IMG/VR virus record: IMGVR_UViG_3300045131_002463
Span: 1 to 64,000 of that record
From: a virus
DNA length: 64,000 bases
Direction: 5' to 3' (one strand)
Shown here: piece by piece, positions 38,570 through 48,721 of the stretch
Position numbering within the stretch: position 1 is the first letter of the stretch
Layout of the letters: each line of letters opens with the position of its first letter
Program-made: the position numbers and the translations under genes
The notes under the pieces: model-generated
The model's input: the letters and a program-made list of their open reading frames with translations, nothing else
Databases searched by the model: none
Told to the model about the DNA's origin: nothing

Positions 38570-38639
38570 AAAGCGGGAAAAAACGAGCAAAGTTTTGGTT
38601 TCATTTTCAGTGAAGTATCTCTGCTCTACGCCGCGCTTT
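38570..38639 (-). ncRNA. Y RNA-like unit 1 (promoter-proximal, minimal, ~70 nt)
   Basis: AAAGCG-CGGCGUA-GAGCAGAGA-UACUUC...CUUUGCUC-GUUUUUUCC-CGCUUU. Confidence 0.75.
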
Positions 38640-38667
38640 TATATCAAAGATCTCAAATTCTAAATAT

Positions 38668-38696
38668 ACTATACCACATTTTTAAAAGCTTGTCAA
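38668..38696 (-). promoter_or_regulatory. Sigma70 promoter TTGACA-17-TATAGT for the Y RNA/Ro60/tRNA operon
   Basis: Consensus boxes; -10 ends ~28 nt before the first ncRNA unit; palindrome copy at 38704-38719 just upstream. Confidence 0.85.
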
Positions 38697-38719
38697 GCTT
38701 TTTCTGCAATCAATTGCAA

Positions 38720-39418
38720 TTATTTTTTAAATTTTTCTACTATGTCTTCAAATAATGAAGGTGTTGCAGTATAAACTATATCTAAGAGCATGAAGGCAAT
38801 TCTTCTAATCTCCCACTCAGCAGCAGTATCTAGACGTAATTTAAAGAAATCTCTAAGAGCGCGCGCATTAGCCCATGCATTACGAGTAGTTGCTACATTA
38901 ACAGGCATAATTAAGCGCGCATCTTGTTTTTTTGCCCCTGTATCAATAAGAAATTTATAAGCCCTATAAGCATTTTCACATGCCCCTGACATTAATTGAT
39001 AAGTAGCTTCTACCTCATCTTTGTTCTTTATATACTCTAAAGGAGGATAAATAAACTTAGGTTGTTGTTGTGTATAACGTCGAGATAAACTTACATGCGC
39101 CTGAGTGCGGTGTCGGCTCCATTGCGCCCCCGCAGCTTTTGATAAACCAGTAACATAAAAGTTATATTGTATAGATTCTATAGGAACGTTGTGCCCCATT
39201 TTAATAAGTTTCTTATTGAGCGCTTTTGCTTTTTCTATAGAATTAGCTTCTTTATTGTATGAGGTTCCAGCGGCTATAGCGGGTATACATTCAATATTTC
39301 CTTTAGGATCTTCCGGATCATAGTTACCTATGGGTGTAGTAACAGCAATAAGCTTAATTTCCGGTTCTTCGTTCCCGAAGTTATCCTGTCTCAAACTAAA
39401 CCAAGGATCAAATATCAC
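38720..39418 (-). CDS. thyX: FAD-dependent thymidylate synthase ThyX
   Basis: GH...E, RHR-x7-SRRY motif, KQDAR..MP, NARALRDFFKLR...AEWEIR. Confidence 0.92.
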   Translation of the reverse strand: MIFDPWFSLRQDNFGNEEPEIKLIAVTTPIGNYDPEDPKGNIECIPAIAAGTSYNKEANSIEKAKALNKKLIKMGHNVPIESIQYNFYVTGLSKAAGAQWSRHRTQAHVSLSRRYTQQQPKFIYPPLEYIKNKDEVEATYQLMSGACENAYRAYKFLIDTGAKKQDARLIMPVNVATTRNAWANARALRDFFKLRLDTAAEWEIRRIAFMLLDIVYTATPSLFEDIVEKFKK

Positions 39419-39876
39419 TTTATTTCTCCTATAGGCCAGTATCTCGCCTCTTCTCCCCCCGAGAAGATAATGGGTTCATCATACCAAAACATGCTTCCTT
39501 TTACAACACCTTTTTTAACAGTATAATTTTCGTTAGGGTTATCCTTCTTTGGGATCTTACCAGTGTACACTTTATCTAAACAAGTGTGATGCTTATCGCT
39601 AATGTAACAAAGCAGGGATGCCTTTTTTTCTTTCGGTGGCTTTTTTGCCATAATTAAAACTCCTGAAAAAAAACGTCTGGGTCTTTAAAATCCCCTACTA
39701 TGCTAGAGTCTACATCAACAGTGCCCGAGAGTCCAGAGTTTTTTAGCGCTATTTCAGCATTATTTTTATACTTGTTAGCTGCGTATAGACTTGTAAATAT
39801 CCCCAGTACTCCACTTTTAACAGAGAATTCTGAGATCGCATAGGTTACAACATATAACACTTTCAACTTATAACTC

Positions 39877-40569
39877 CTACTTTTTCACTTTGCCTATATT
39901 ATGTAGTACAGCAAGTTCTTCTATTTCTCGCATAGAAAGACCTTTCTTTAAACGGCGTGAGATAAAAGAGCCATTTACACCCCACTCTCTTCCCCAGGCG
40001 GCTAATATTTTATCTTCCCCTTTATACTTTATATGTACATTGTCTGCTCTATTGGCATTCTGAATCTCTAGGGAAACATAACGACAGTTTTCTGGACTAT
40101 ATCCTTTGGTTCCATCTATTCTATCCAATTGATATCCCTCAGGACAAGGGCCCATATCAGCAAAAAAATTCTCAAAGCCACTATCACCAGACCATCTAGC
40201 GCACACTTTTATTCCCCTAGCTCCATATCTCTCATACCCTCTATGCCCGGGCTCTTCACATCTTCTATGCATTTCTACGTATCTTCTGTATACTTCTGTT
40301 CCACCCTTAAATATTCTACTGGTATGTCCATGTTTTGTTCTAGAACACCCACAGCTTTTAGAAGCTCCGGATTTTAATCTATAAGAAGGAATGGTAACTT
40401 CTTTGCCACATCCATGACATAGGCATAGATAATGTATATGTCTGCTGGTGCCTTTTTTACTTCCAATACCTAAAACCTCTAAGTCACCAAAAGTATCTCC
40501 TTTCTTTATATCCCCTTCTGGGTCTTTACCTGAAAGCACTCGTCTAATAGTTTTGGATAAATCACTCAT
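39877..40569 (-). CDS. HNH-type (phage homing) endonuclease
   Basis: C.C..CG...SCGC, YGARGIKVCARW, FENFFADMG, LDRID..KGYSPENCR. Confidence 0.85.
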   Translation of the reverse strand: MSDLSKTIRRVLSGKDPEGDIKKGDTFGDLEVLGIGSKKGTSRHIHYLCLCHGCGKEVTIPSYRLKSGASKSCGCSRTKHGHTSRIFKGGTEVYRRYVEMHRRCEEPGHRGYERYGARGIKVCARWSGDSGFENFFADMGPCPEGYQLDRIDGTKGYSPENCRYVSLEIQNANRADNVHIKYKGEDKILAAWGREWGVNGSFISRRLKKGLSMREIEELAVLHNIGKVKK

Positions 40570-41063
40570 CTTAGTCCCTGTTTTAATTCTTTAGTTTTCT
40601 CTTTCATCCATTGTTTATCTAGAGCGGATATTAATTCTTGCTCAGTTAGCTCTTCGTTCCTATAGTTTCTTAAGAATGAATATGATAATCCGCTAAGATA
40701 AGAGGCCTCCGCTACTGACATTTTGCGTCCTTTAAAGGTTATGAAAGTATTACCTTTCATTTTATTTATTTTTCTATCTACTCCATAATATGCGCCTTTT
40801 TCTAATTTATCTATTATGTCTAACCATCTTTCCTTACGTGTTATTAGCATTACACATCTCCAACTTCTTAATTTTATTTCTTCTAAACCCAGACCTACAA
40901 AACTTATCTCTCATATAATCTTCTATAAGTCTACATTCAAAAAGCAAATCATATTGTAGATCCTCTGGGAGATTTTCTATTTTACTTCTAATACGGGTTA
41001 GATTAGAAGTAATTTTATTTACCTTTTCTATGTTTTCCTGCGCTATTTCCATTTCATTTCTCC

Positions 41064-43076
41064 TTAAAGCTTATTTATTACTATTTGTCTATGCGCCGGT
41101 ACTTTATCTGTAACCTTAGCATCTTTTCTACTTCTTTTGTAGGAAGCAATTTTATGTGTAAGTATGTGAACCACTGCTGCTCCAGAATCGACTACGTCCT
41201 TTGTCTTGGTTGGAATGTGATCGATACGCTGCTTTTTTGGATCATACTCTAAAAAAAGTAATTCGTCAATATAAATATCATGTTTCTGATGAATTATTCT
41301 ACCTTCAATATAAGCGCTCTTTAGTTCCATAAAAGGAACTGGTGTAGTAACCGTAGAAAGAGGGCCACTTCTTACTTTAAGTTTTCTTAAACCTTGAATA
41401 AAAGATACATTTTGATATGTATCCATTGTTACTATTTTCATATTTAAAAGGTCACATAAATAAAACATGAAACCCCTAAGCATGTCTACATCTATTTCTC
41501 CTCCTTGTGGGGGGCGAATCTGGAGCATTCCATCTATACAGATAACAGGCGCTTCCATATCTAAGACTTCTGTAAAGTCATTACGTTCCTTTGAATAAAA
41601 AGAAGTGGAGGGAAGACTTTTATATTCCTGTATATGTCCTACAGATAATCCCACACAGTCTTTACTTATACCTAAATCCACATGCATAACAAAAGAAGCA
41701 TCTTTATCAAAAGCTATTTGTTTTATATAGTCCTTATCTATTAATAAATCCCATTCCCAAGGACCTACAAAATAATCATTTATAACAATTGATTCTTCTT
41801 TAAATAAAGAATGCCCGCTATAATATGATTCATACACCGTATAAGCATCTATTATGCTTTCTTTAAAGGGCATAAAAGCACGCCTGTGTCCCGTAGCTAA
41901 TCCCGCGAAGTCTCTAAGAGCCGTTTCAATATCTCGTTCAAAATCAGACCTGTATTCCTCAGGGACCTCTAAAATATCAGCTTCAGGTATAGCAAATTCT
42001 TTATCTTCTATAATCCTAGAGCTACGATCTAAAGTTCCTATTTCTACTAAGAACTTCTTACCTGAAAATCTATCTGGAGATAAGGTATCCCATATTGCAT
42101 GCTTTACTACATATATTTGATCATCCCACTTAGCCTCTTCTATTTTTTTAGAAAGAAAATCTCCCGGATAATGTACAGCCGAATCCAAAATAAGGCATCC
42201 TGGTATTTTACCATAGGTCTGAAACCTACTCTTAAGTCTCTGGATTAAGTTAGTGTAAGCATTAGATGCTTGGTCGTAGGTTGTATCTTCTTGTCCTCTC
42301 ATAGTTAACTGTTTACTGTTCTCAACTACAGAGAAATAATTAAGCTCTGACATGACACCAGCATAAACATCTAGTCCTAGAGTTGCCATTTCGCTGCCCG
42401 ATACGGGGAGAATGTAGATATTCTTAGGAAATTGTAACTCAGAGGTAACATGTTTATTGAAAGGAAAATTCTTAGTAAAGTAAGGACTAGATGAAAAGGC
42501 AGAAAGTAGTGGATCGAAAAGTATTTTCTTACTCAAGCGTAGAGATAGAGATTGCAATATCATAACAATAGAGGAACCTGGAGCCAATCCATATTGATAT
42601 TGAGGATTGTGAAGCATACTTAGTTTATATAACATATACTCTATAAGTGCTCGAGATAGGTAGGATTTTCCCCAACCTGTTGCCCCTGTGAGTACAACCT
42701 CTCTAGTATTATCTATTCTTTCTATTATATTCTGTAATTCATACTTCACTACAGGGCGCACTGAGCCTTTTTGGTCCATATATTCCTTACTTTCCAAAAA
42801 TTCCTCAATGTCAACTAGCCTGCCCTTATACCCTTTTTCCTTATATAGAAAGGAACCATCATTTTCCTTTAGAGCCTGTATAAAATTTCTACAGAAGTTA
42901 TTAAGATCATCTTTTAAAATATAAGCATCTGCACCATCAGAGATCTGTGGGCATGCTAACACCAACGCTTCTAACATAGACTCGTCTCTAGTAGAAAGCC
43001 TATTCTCTCTTAGAACATCAAATACCAATTCAAAGGCAGTGTTAAGGGGTATTACTTGTAAATTTTCTAATGCCAT
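41064..43076 (-). CDS. terL: Terminase large subunit
   Basis: Walker A GATGWGKS, Walker B-like GVMSE, RNase H-like MHVDLG..KD, C-terminal IDH...TKDVVDS. Confidence 0.85.
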   Translation of the reverse strand: MALENLQVIPLNTAFELVFDVLRENRLSTRDESMLEALVLACPQISDGADAYILKDDLNNFCRNFIQALKENDGSFLYKEKGYKGRLVDIEEFLESKEYMDQKGSVRPVVKYELQNIIERIDNTREVVLTGATGWGKSYLSRALIEYMLYKLSMLHNPQYQYGLAPGSSIVMILQSLSLRLSKKILFDPLLSAFSSSPYFTKNFPFNKHVTSELQFPKNIYILPVSGSEMATLGLDVYAGVMSELNYFSVVENSKQLTMRGQEDTTYDQASNAYTNLIQRLKSRFQTYGKIPGCLILDSAVHYPGDFLSKKIEEAKWDDQIYVVKHAIWDTLSPDRFSGKKFLVEIGTLDRSSRIIEDKEFAIPEADILEVPEEYRSDFERDIETALRDFAGLATGHRRAFMPFKESIIDAYTVYESYYSGHSLFKEESIVINDYFVGPWEWDLLIDKDYIKQIAFDKDASFVMHVDLGISKDCVGLSVGHIQEYKSLPSTSFYSKERNDFTEVLDMEAPVICIDGMLQIRPPQGGEIDVDMLRGFMFYLCDLLNMKIVTMDTYQNVSFIQGLRKLKVRSGPLSTVTTPVPFMELKSAYIEGRIIHQKHDIYIDELLFLEYDPKKQRIDHIPTKTKDVVDSGAAVVHILTHKIASYKRSRKDAKVTDKVPAHRQIVINKL

Positions 43077-43082
43077 AAGTAT

Positions 43083-43784
43083 TTAAGAAGTGATTTTAAC
43101 TACTTCTTTCTCTTCCTCTTTGGTAGTTATAGAATAACTACCGTCTTCATCTAATTTTAATATTAAAGAACGTTCCTCTGCTAATGAAAGTAACTTATGG
43201 GTGGCCTGAATCATAGTTTCACCGTCATCTTTAAAGCCCTCTACTAGTCCCTTTAATTTTTCAGTAGTCTCGGCGGTAATTACGTTACTATCATCTAACT
43301 TTAGTTCTTGCTGTGCTTTCAGCAGGCTATGCAACATTTTATCTAATATAGCAATATTATCAGTGGTCTTATCCATAGGAAGAGTTTTAGCTTCTATATC
43401 CATAAGCTTTAAAACTCTTTGAGTTTGCTGGTCTACTAACCAACTAAGCCTACCAAAGGCATCTACTTTAGATGTAAGTCCTCGCAATTTAGTTGCTAGT
43501 TGAGATGCAACTTTATTCTTCTGCGCTTCCTCAAGGACCATTAAAGCTTTATCATCTAGAACTTTAGTTCTAAACCTGACCAGATCAGGCAACAGATCCT
43601 GAAGAGTAGCTTTCTTCTTTACATTAAAAATAGTCTGACAAGTTCGAATTATTTCACTATTAGTAACACCCTTCTTTAGCATCTCATGAAGTTTTACCAA
43701 TTGCTTGTCATCTAATATAGATAACCAGCTATTAACAGGTATTGCTTCTTTTATTTTTGCTATTAAGAACTTGTCTTCTGCCAT
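43083..43784 (-). CDS. Probable terminase small subunit
   Basis: Helical 233-aa ORF directly upstream of terL; assigned on position only. Confidence 0.45.
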   Translation of the reverse strand: MAEDKFLIAKIKEAIPVNSWLSILDDKQLVKLHEMLKKGVTNSEIIRTCQTIFNVKKKATLQDLLPDLVRFRTKVLDDKALMVLEEAQKNKVASQLATKLRGLTSKVDAFGRLSWLVDQQTQRVLKLMDIEAKTLPMDKTTDNIAILDKMLHSLLKAQQELKLDDSNVITAETTEKLKGLVEGFKDDGETMIQATHKLLSLAEERSLILKLDEDGSYSITTKEEEKEVVKITS

Positions 43785-43788
43785 AATA

Positions 43789-44673
43789 TTACTCAGTTAC
43801 TTCTTCTTCTATTGGATTTGCAGAAGGAAGATCTAAAAGACTATCAAGATCCTGCTCCCCGTCGTCTATCTTCTCGAGCGTAGTTACATGCTCTTCTATA
43901 TAAGATACAACATCCAGCTCTGCCAGCATGTGTTGCAACACCGAGCTTACTTTGTAGCCTGAGGCAAAGATGTCTCTAAACTTATCCGTAGTTAAGGCTA
44001 GATACTCTTTATCCATAGTTACCCACAGATGCCTCTGACTTCCGTAATCAAGAATAAAGAAATTTGCAGGAACTGTATTTGAATATTTAAGCCACAGCTT
44101 TTCAATAATTTTAGCCAGCTGACTTACACTTCCCTGAACATTCTTAACTGCTTTATCATATTCCTTACGTGCCTCTTTAGGCAGCTGTGCTCTCCCTTGC
44201 TTTACTAAAGCGTCAAATTCATCCTCATCTGCGAAACCAAGTTCTTCAGCTAAATCTTCAAAAGGTATATCATGTTTATTTACTAGTTGGTCTATAAGTG
44301 CATTAAACTTCTCAGAATTAAGGGAGCCCCTAATTTTATTAAGGCGTACCGTTTGAAGCATAAGCATTTTTTCATCAAATATTTCTGGAGATACAATAAT
44401 ACACGGTACTTCAGCATCGCCCGCAATCTTTACTGCCTCTAATCTGTGATACCCATCACACACAACGTAGGAACCATCATCCATAGGAACTACTATAATA
44501 GGAGAAATAAAACCAACAGAATCTATATTGTCTGAAAGCATATTAAACGAGATGTCATCTAATTCATTTGGATTCCAAAGGTTGGGCACTATTAAGCCCA
44601 CAGGTAAAGTAACTAGAGCACCATGTTCTACTTCTTTACCGTCGTGTAGTAATATTTTATTAGTCTCTTGCAT
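43789..44673 (-). CDS. ParB/Srx N-terminal domain protein
   Basis: PNLWNPN, GFISPIIV, DGYHRLEA motif. Confidence 0.85.
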   Translation of the reverse strand: MQETNKILLHDGKEVEHGALVTLPVGLIVPNLWNPNELDDISFNMLSDNIDSVGFISPIIVVPMDDGSYVVCDGYHRLEAVKIAGDAEVPCIIVSPEIFDEKMLMLQTVRLNKIRGSLNSEKFNALIDQLVNKHDIPFEDLAEELGFADEDEFDALVKQGRAQLPKEARKEYDKAVKNVQGSVSQLAKIIEKLWLKYSNTVPANFFILDYGSQRHLWVTMDKEYLALTTDKFRDIFASGYKVSSVLQHMLAELDVVSYIEEHVTTLEKIDDGEQDLDSLLDLPSANPIEEEVTE

Positions 44674-46547
44674 TATAGATTATCTCCGTTTTTATTTTTG
44701 TCTAATTTAATTTTAGTTTGATACTCTATGAAACGTCTTACAGATAGTTTATTTCTTGTAACTTCACAATCATTACAAATATTTACTGCCTTTAGTCCTT
44801 TATCTATATAACCGCTCTCGGGGGCAATAGGTATTGCCTTTCTTAGAATATCGCAGAAACGAGTATGCATACGTGCTGATCTTTTTTTACAGTATACTAA
44901 TTCTCCATCTGTCTCTACTTGTTTTAACCAATCTTCCGGATTTTGTGTTTTAATCTGCTTATATTTATAATCCGGCTTAGGGGTTTTTGCCATAGGGCAT
45001 CCTTATTTCCGATATATCTTTTAATAAAGCCTCAGTATAAGGCTGTAACGTCTCAACCCAAAGTTCTTCTAAATATTCATTTTGTGCTCCTAGCACCGAT
45101 AATTTTGCATCTTCCCAGTAATTTTCATGTTCCATTTTTCTTACTATTTTATTTATTTCAAACAAATAAATTATATTTGATATGTTACTTGAATTATAAA
45201 TAATTCTTAAAGAATTGTCAATATGTTTATAAAACCATGAATCTTTTCCTAAGAGGTACATAGGATTTATTTTAGTGGAAATAAGAATACGATCCTCTGG
45301 AAGAGCGTTATAAGAAAAATAATCTTCAGATATATCTAGTTCATCCATCTGTAAGTGTTTGATAGCTGCATATACTATTCTGTCTTCTACTGAACTAAAA
45401 TTATGAGCGTTGTCTTTATTACGATCTGCCCAAGATTTAAATGAACGTACCGTCTTAGTATTACTGTTATTAGACAACATTAAAAATAAAGATAACGCTC
45501 GTTTGTCTAAACAAGAATTACACATCCCAGAAATTATTTTCCATATACTATTGTTTTCTAAATGAATTATCTCGGAAGGAAGCGCAGAAAAGTGGAAAGC
45601 AGACGCCTTCCACAATATTGACGAAAAAATATTATAAGAATTATTATAAAGAGAAATATACCTGTAGGCTAAATTTGCAGAGGACAAATCTCCTCTGCAA
45701 ATACTGATATAAAGTATTGAAGTGTAAATACTTAAGTTTTCTGGAATACGAAGGAAGATCAAAAAAGTTCCTCAAATTCATCAGAGTCTTCTTTATTTTT
45801 AGTTACAGAAACCTCATCATCTTCCTCTTCCTCTTCTTCATGCGTAGATATGGTACCCTGAATTGATAATCTACGTCCATAAATACGTTCCAGATGCTCA
45901 ATGTGATCCTCTAAAGTAGTCAATATAGGAACTATACCTTTAGATTCGCTCCATTCCTGACAAATGTTAGCGAAAGCTAGTGCTATATCTTCTGTATTTA
46001 TAAGGCGGGCGCTCTCTTCTAAGGCGTCCTTTATAATAGCGTGCTCTACCATTCCTAACTTCAAAGTGATAGTGGTTATAGTAGGAGTGTCATCTATAAC
46101 AGAGGACTTATCTCTCTGTGAGTCTTTTTCTGTTTTTACTTTAAAGTTTAGTTCTTTGGCTGTAGAATTTTCAGCTATCTCTATCCACTCTTCAGCATTA
46201 CTCTGGTCCACTACTCTAATTAGTTCTTTAGCTTTTGTCCATCCTAGTCTCTCTAACCTATCCATATCCATATTAAGCATAAGAGCTTTATTATAGATCT
46301 CTACTAGGTACATAGCTTTTCTATAGTTAAATTGTAATTCTGAATCAATATAGTTTTCAAAATTAGGGAAATCCCATACCTGATATACATTTTGTGTGTA
46401 TATGTCATATAAACATTTAGCTAACTTCATATACCCTATTTCAACCATGTCTTTAGCTCTAATAGCTTCTTCCCTCAAAGAAGAAGCGTTCGACAGAATA
46501 GAAGATACTTCTGAATTACTTCTTTCCACTAATGTAGTTGATGCCAT
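44673..46547 (-). other. Three hypothetical ORFs (44673, 44977, 45759)
   Basis: ORF track; 45759 is helical with an acidic tail. Confidence 0.7.
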
Positions 46548-46558
46548 TTTATTTCTCC

Positions 46559-48136
46559 TTAGTCTTTCCTAATTAAACTTAAATTTGTTTTTTTCTTGAC
46601 AGGGTCTTCTAAATTCTCTTCGCTGTTTGATACCGGTCTGGCTCTATTCTTCATCCATTCTTTTATCCTAACCATATCCTCGCTTTCTATATTATTTTGT
46701 GGGTTTGTCTCAGAAATAGACTTTAATATATGTCTATTCTCCAATTCTACTCCTTCATAAAAAGAATTAAATAGTGCGTCTTCTATAGTAGCTTCTATTT
46801 CTGCCCCAGTAAAGTTTTCTGAATTTTTTGAAAGCAAAGCTAGGTCATAGTTAGACGCATCTCTTTTTCTTCTTTCTATATGTATCTTATATATAGACTG
46901 CCTTTCTTCAAAGGTAGGGAGTTCAACTGCCCATATTTCATCTAAGCGGCCTTTTCTGTATACCATAGAAGGCATCATGTCTGGATCATTAGCTGTAAAT
47001 ATCATAAATACAGGGCTCTTAGTTTCTTGCCTCCAGGTAAGTAAGGTAGATAACACTCTGGCAGTAACTCCTGAGTCTGTTTTCCCGCTAGATTCCATAC
47101 CAGCAAAAGCTTTATCTGCTTCATCTAGGAGTACAACTGCAGGTGCTATGGCCTCTATAACATCTAACGCTCTTCTTATTTTAGATTCGCTGTCCCCGAC
47201 GAATTTAGAAAATACACTACTTATGTCTAGTCTCAATAATGGCAACTCTAAAAAAGAAGCTATAGATTTTCCTATGTGAGACTTTCCTGTACCCGGTAAG
47301 CCAAGTAATAATATACCTTTAGGAGAATTTAATCCATATTCTTTAGCAGTATCTCCGAAAGCTGTTTTTCTCTTATCTAACCATTCTTTTAAAGAACCAA
47401 AACCTCCTACATCTTCTAATGTAATATCTGTATCTATACACTCTAGAACCTCAGATTTTTTAACATGCTGTTCTTTTTGTGATTGGATAATTTTATAATT
47501 GGGTTCTTCGGTGAGACTAACCGCAAGCGCTATTGCGTTTTCAGCTGAAAACAAATCTAATCCCAGGGCAGAAGTAGCCGCTTTACTTATTAATTTTTTC
47601 TTTTCTTTCTTATTCTTTTTACCAAATAAAATATGAGGCTCCCATTCCTTCATCAACTTAGCATAAAGCTCTTCAATTTCTTCTTTAGTAGGAAGAGGGA
47701 AATCACAATATGTAACTATATTATATAACTCAGGAGGTAGATCTAAATAAGCGCCAACAAATATAATAGTAGAAAAGTTACGTTTAGCGATATAGGCGGC
47801 GTCTATTATAGACTGTATTACATTGGCTTCTTTAAGTAGACCTCTAATATGATAGAAAACTCCTATAGTCTTAGAGTTCTGTGCAACGTGATTTAAAGCG
47901 GGTATAAAATCTTTTATAGGCCTATCTTTGGTAGACGGAACTAATTCTTTTATCCACGCTCCTCTTTCATACCGTTGTGCACCAGACGTAACTTTCCAGA
48001 TACATAACTCTCTGTCTATAAAGTTTAAGTCAACCATAGTAGATATAATATGTTTTTCTGCTTTTACATCTTCCACCGTTGGCATAAATAGACAGGGATT
48101 AGAACTAGCTAAATAATTTTTAAGCTTTGGGACCAT
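46559..48136 (-). CDS. AAA+ ATPase (Ycf46/SpoVK-like)
   Basis: DVGG...LKEWL, GLPGTGKS, VLLDEADK, TAN...RKGRLDE, FTGAEIE. Confidence 0.9.
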   Translation of the reverse strand: MVPKLKNYLASSNPCLFMPTVEDVKAEKHIISTMVDLNFIDRELCIWKVTSGAQRYERGAWIKELVPSTKDRPIKDFIPALNHVAQNSKTIGVFYHIRGLLKEANVIQSIIDAAYIAKRNFSTIIFVGAYLDLPPELYNIVTYCDFPLPTKEEIEELYAKLMKEWEPHILFGKKNKKEKKKLISKAATSALGLDLFSAENAIALAVSLTEEPNYKIIQSQKEQHVKKSEVLECIDTDITLEDVGGFGSLKEWLDKRKTAFGDTAKEYGLNSPKGILLLGLPGTGKSHIGKSIASFLELPLLRLDISSVFSKFVGDSESKIRRALDVIEAIAPAVVLLDEADKAFAGMESSGKTDSGVTARVLSTLLTWRQETKSPVFMIFTANDPDMMPSMVYRKGRLDEIWAVELPTFEERQSIYKIHIERRKRDASNYDLALLSKNSENFTGAEIEATIEDALFNSFYEGVELENRHILKSISETNPQNNIESEDMVRIKEWMKNRARPVSNSEENLEDPVKKKTNLSLIRKD

Positions 48137-48686
48137 GTAAGCCTCTCACCTTTAGGATACATTCTTTTTCTGAAGTAGTCGCTATTGTAGTAAGTTTACT
48201 ACCTATTTCCAGGTACTTCAACCCAAACATAGTTAACGCATAAGCATCAGCCTCATCTGAGTTTTTAAATTCCTTATGATATTTTTTATAAAGAGCTAAT
48301 TTAATATCCTCCTTCTTAGCATTTCCCTTTCCCGTAATAAACTTTTTTAATACAGTAGGAGGAACATCAATATAAAACCTCTCTCTGTTAGTTAGATCAT
48401 ATTTGATTATTCCTCCTAATTCTATTAAATTGGACATTGAACTGGACTTCCCAAAGGAACCAAAAGAATATCCTTCTATAAAGTAAATTGCGGCAGGGAC
48501 TATAAAATGATCTATCTCAGTTATCCTATCAAGAATAATTCTATAGCGTTGCATATAAGAATTCTTATTAGAAGTCTTTATACTCTCAGTAATAATAGTA
48601 TCACCCGGAATAGAGTATACGCTAACTCCTGTGGAGGTAAGAGAAAGATCTAAACCGATAATAAGTTGTGTATCTTCAGTAATCAT
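48120..48686 (-). CDS. RuvC-like Holliday junction resolvase
   Basis: IGLDLSLTSTG, IEGY, VPPTVLKKFITGKGNAKK, DEADA. Confidence 0.85.
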   Translation of the reverse strand: MITEDTQLIIGLDLSLTSTGVSVYSIPGDTIITESIKTSNKNSYMQRYRIILDRITEIDHFIVPAAIYFIEGYSFGSFGKSSSMSNLIELGGIIKYDLTNRERFYIDVPPTVLKKFITGKGNAKKEDIKLALYKKYHKEFKNSDEADAYALTMFGLKYLEIGSKLTTIATTSEKECILKVRGLHGPKA

Positions 48687-48692
48687 TTTCTA

Positions 48693-48721
48693 TCTATACC
48701 ACATTTTTAAAAGCTTGTCAA
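48693..48721 (-). promoter_or_regulatory. Sigma70 promoter, probably giving a leaderless resolvase mRNA
   Basis: TTGACA-17-TATAGA with the ATG 6 nt after the -10 box. Confidence 0.6.

Noticed and set aside
37941-38639. ncRNA array as CRISPR repeats or as ORF 38486-38755
   Set aside because: Only short motifs are invariant while the stems covary, which indicates structured RNAs. The + strand ORF is antisense to the operon and has no RBS
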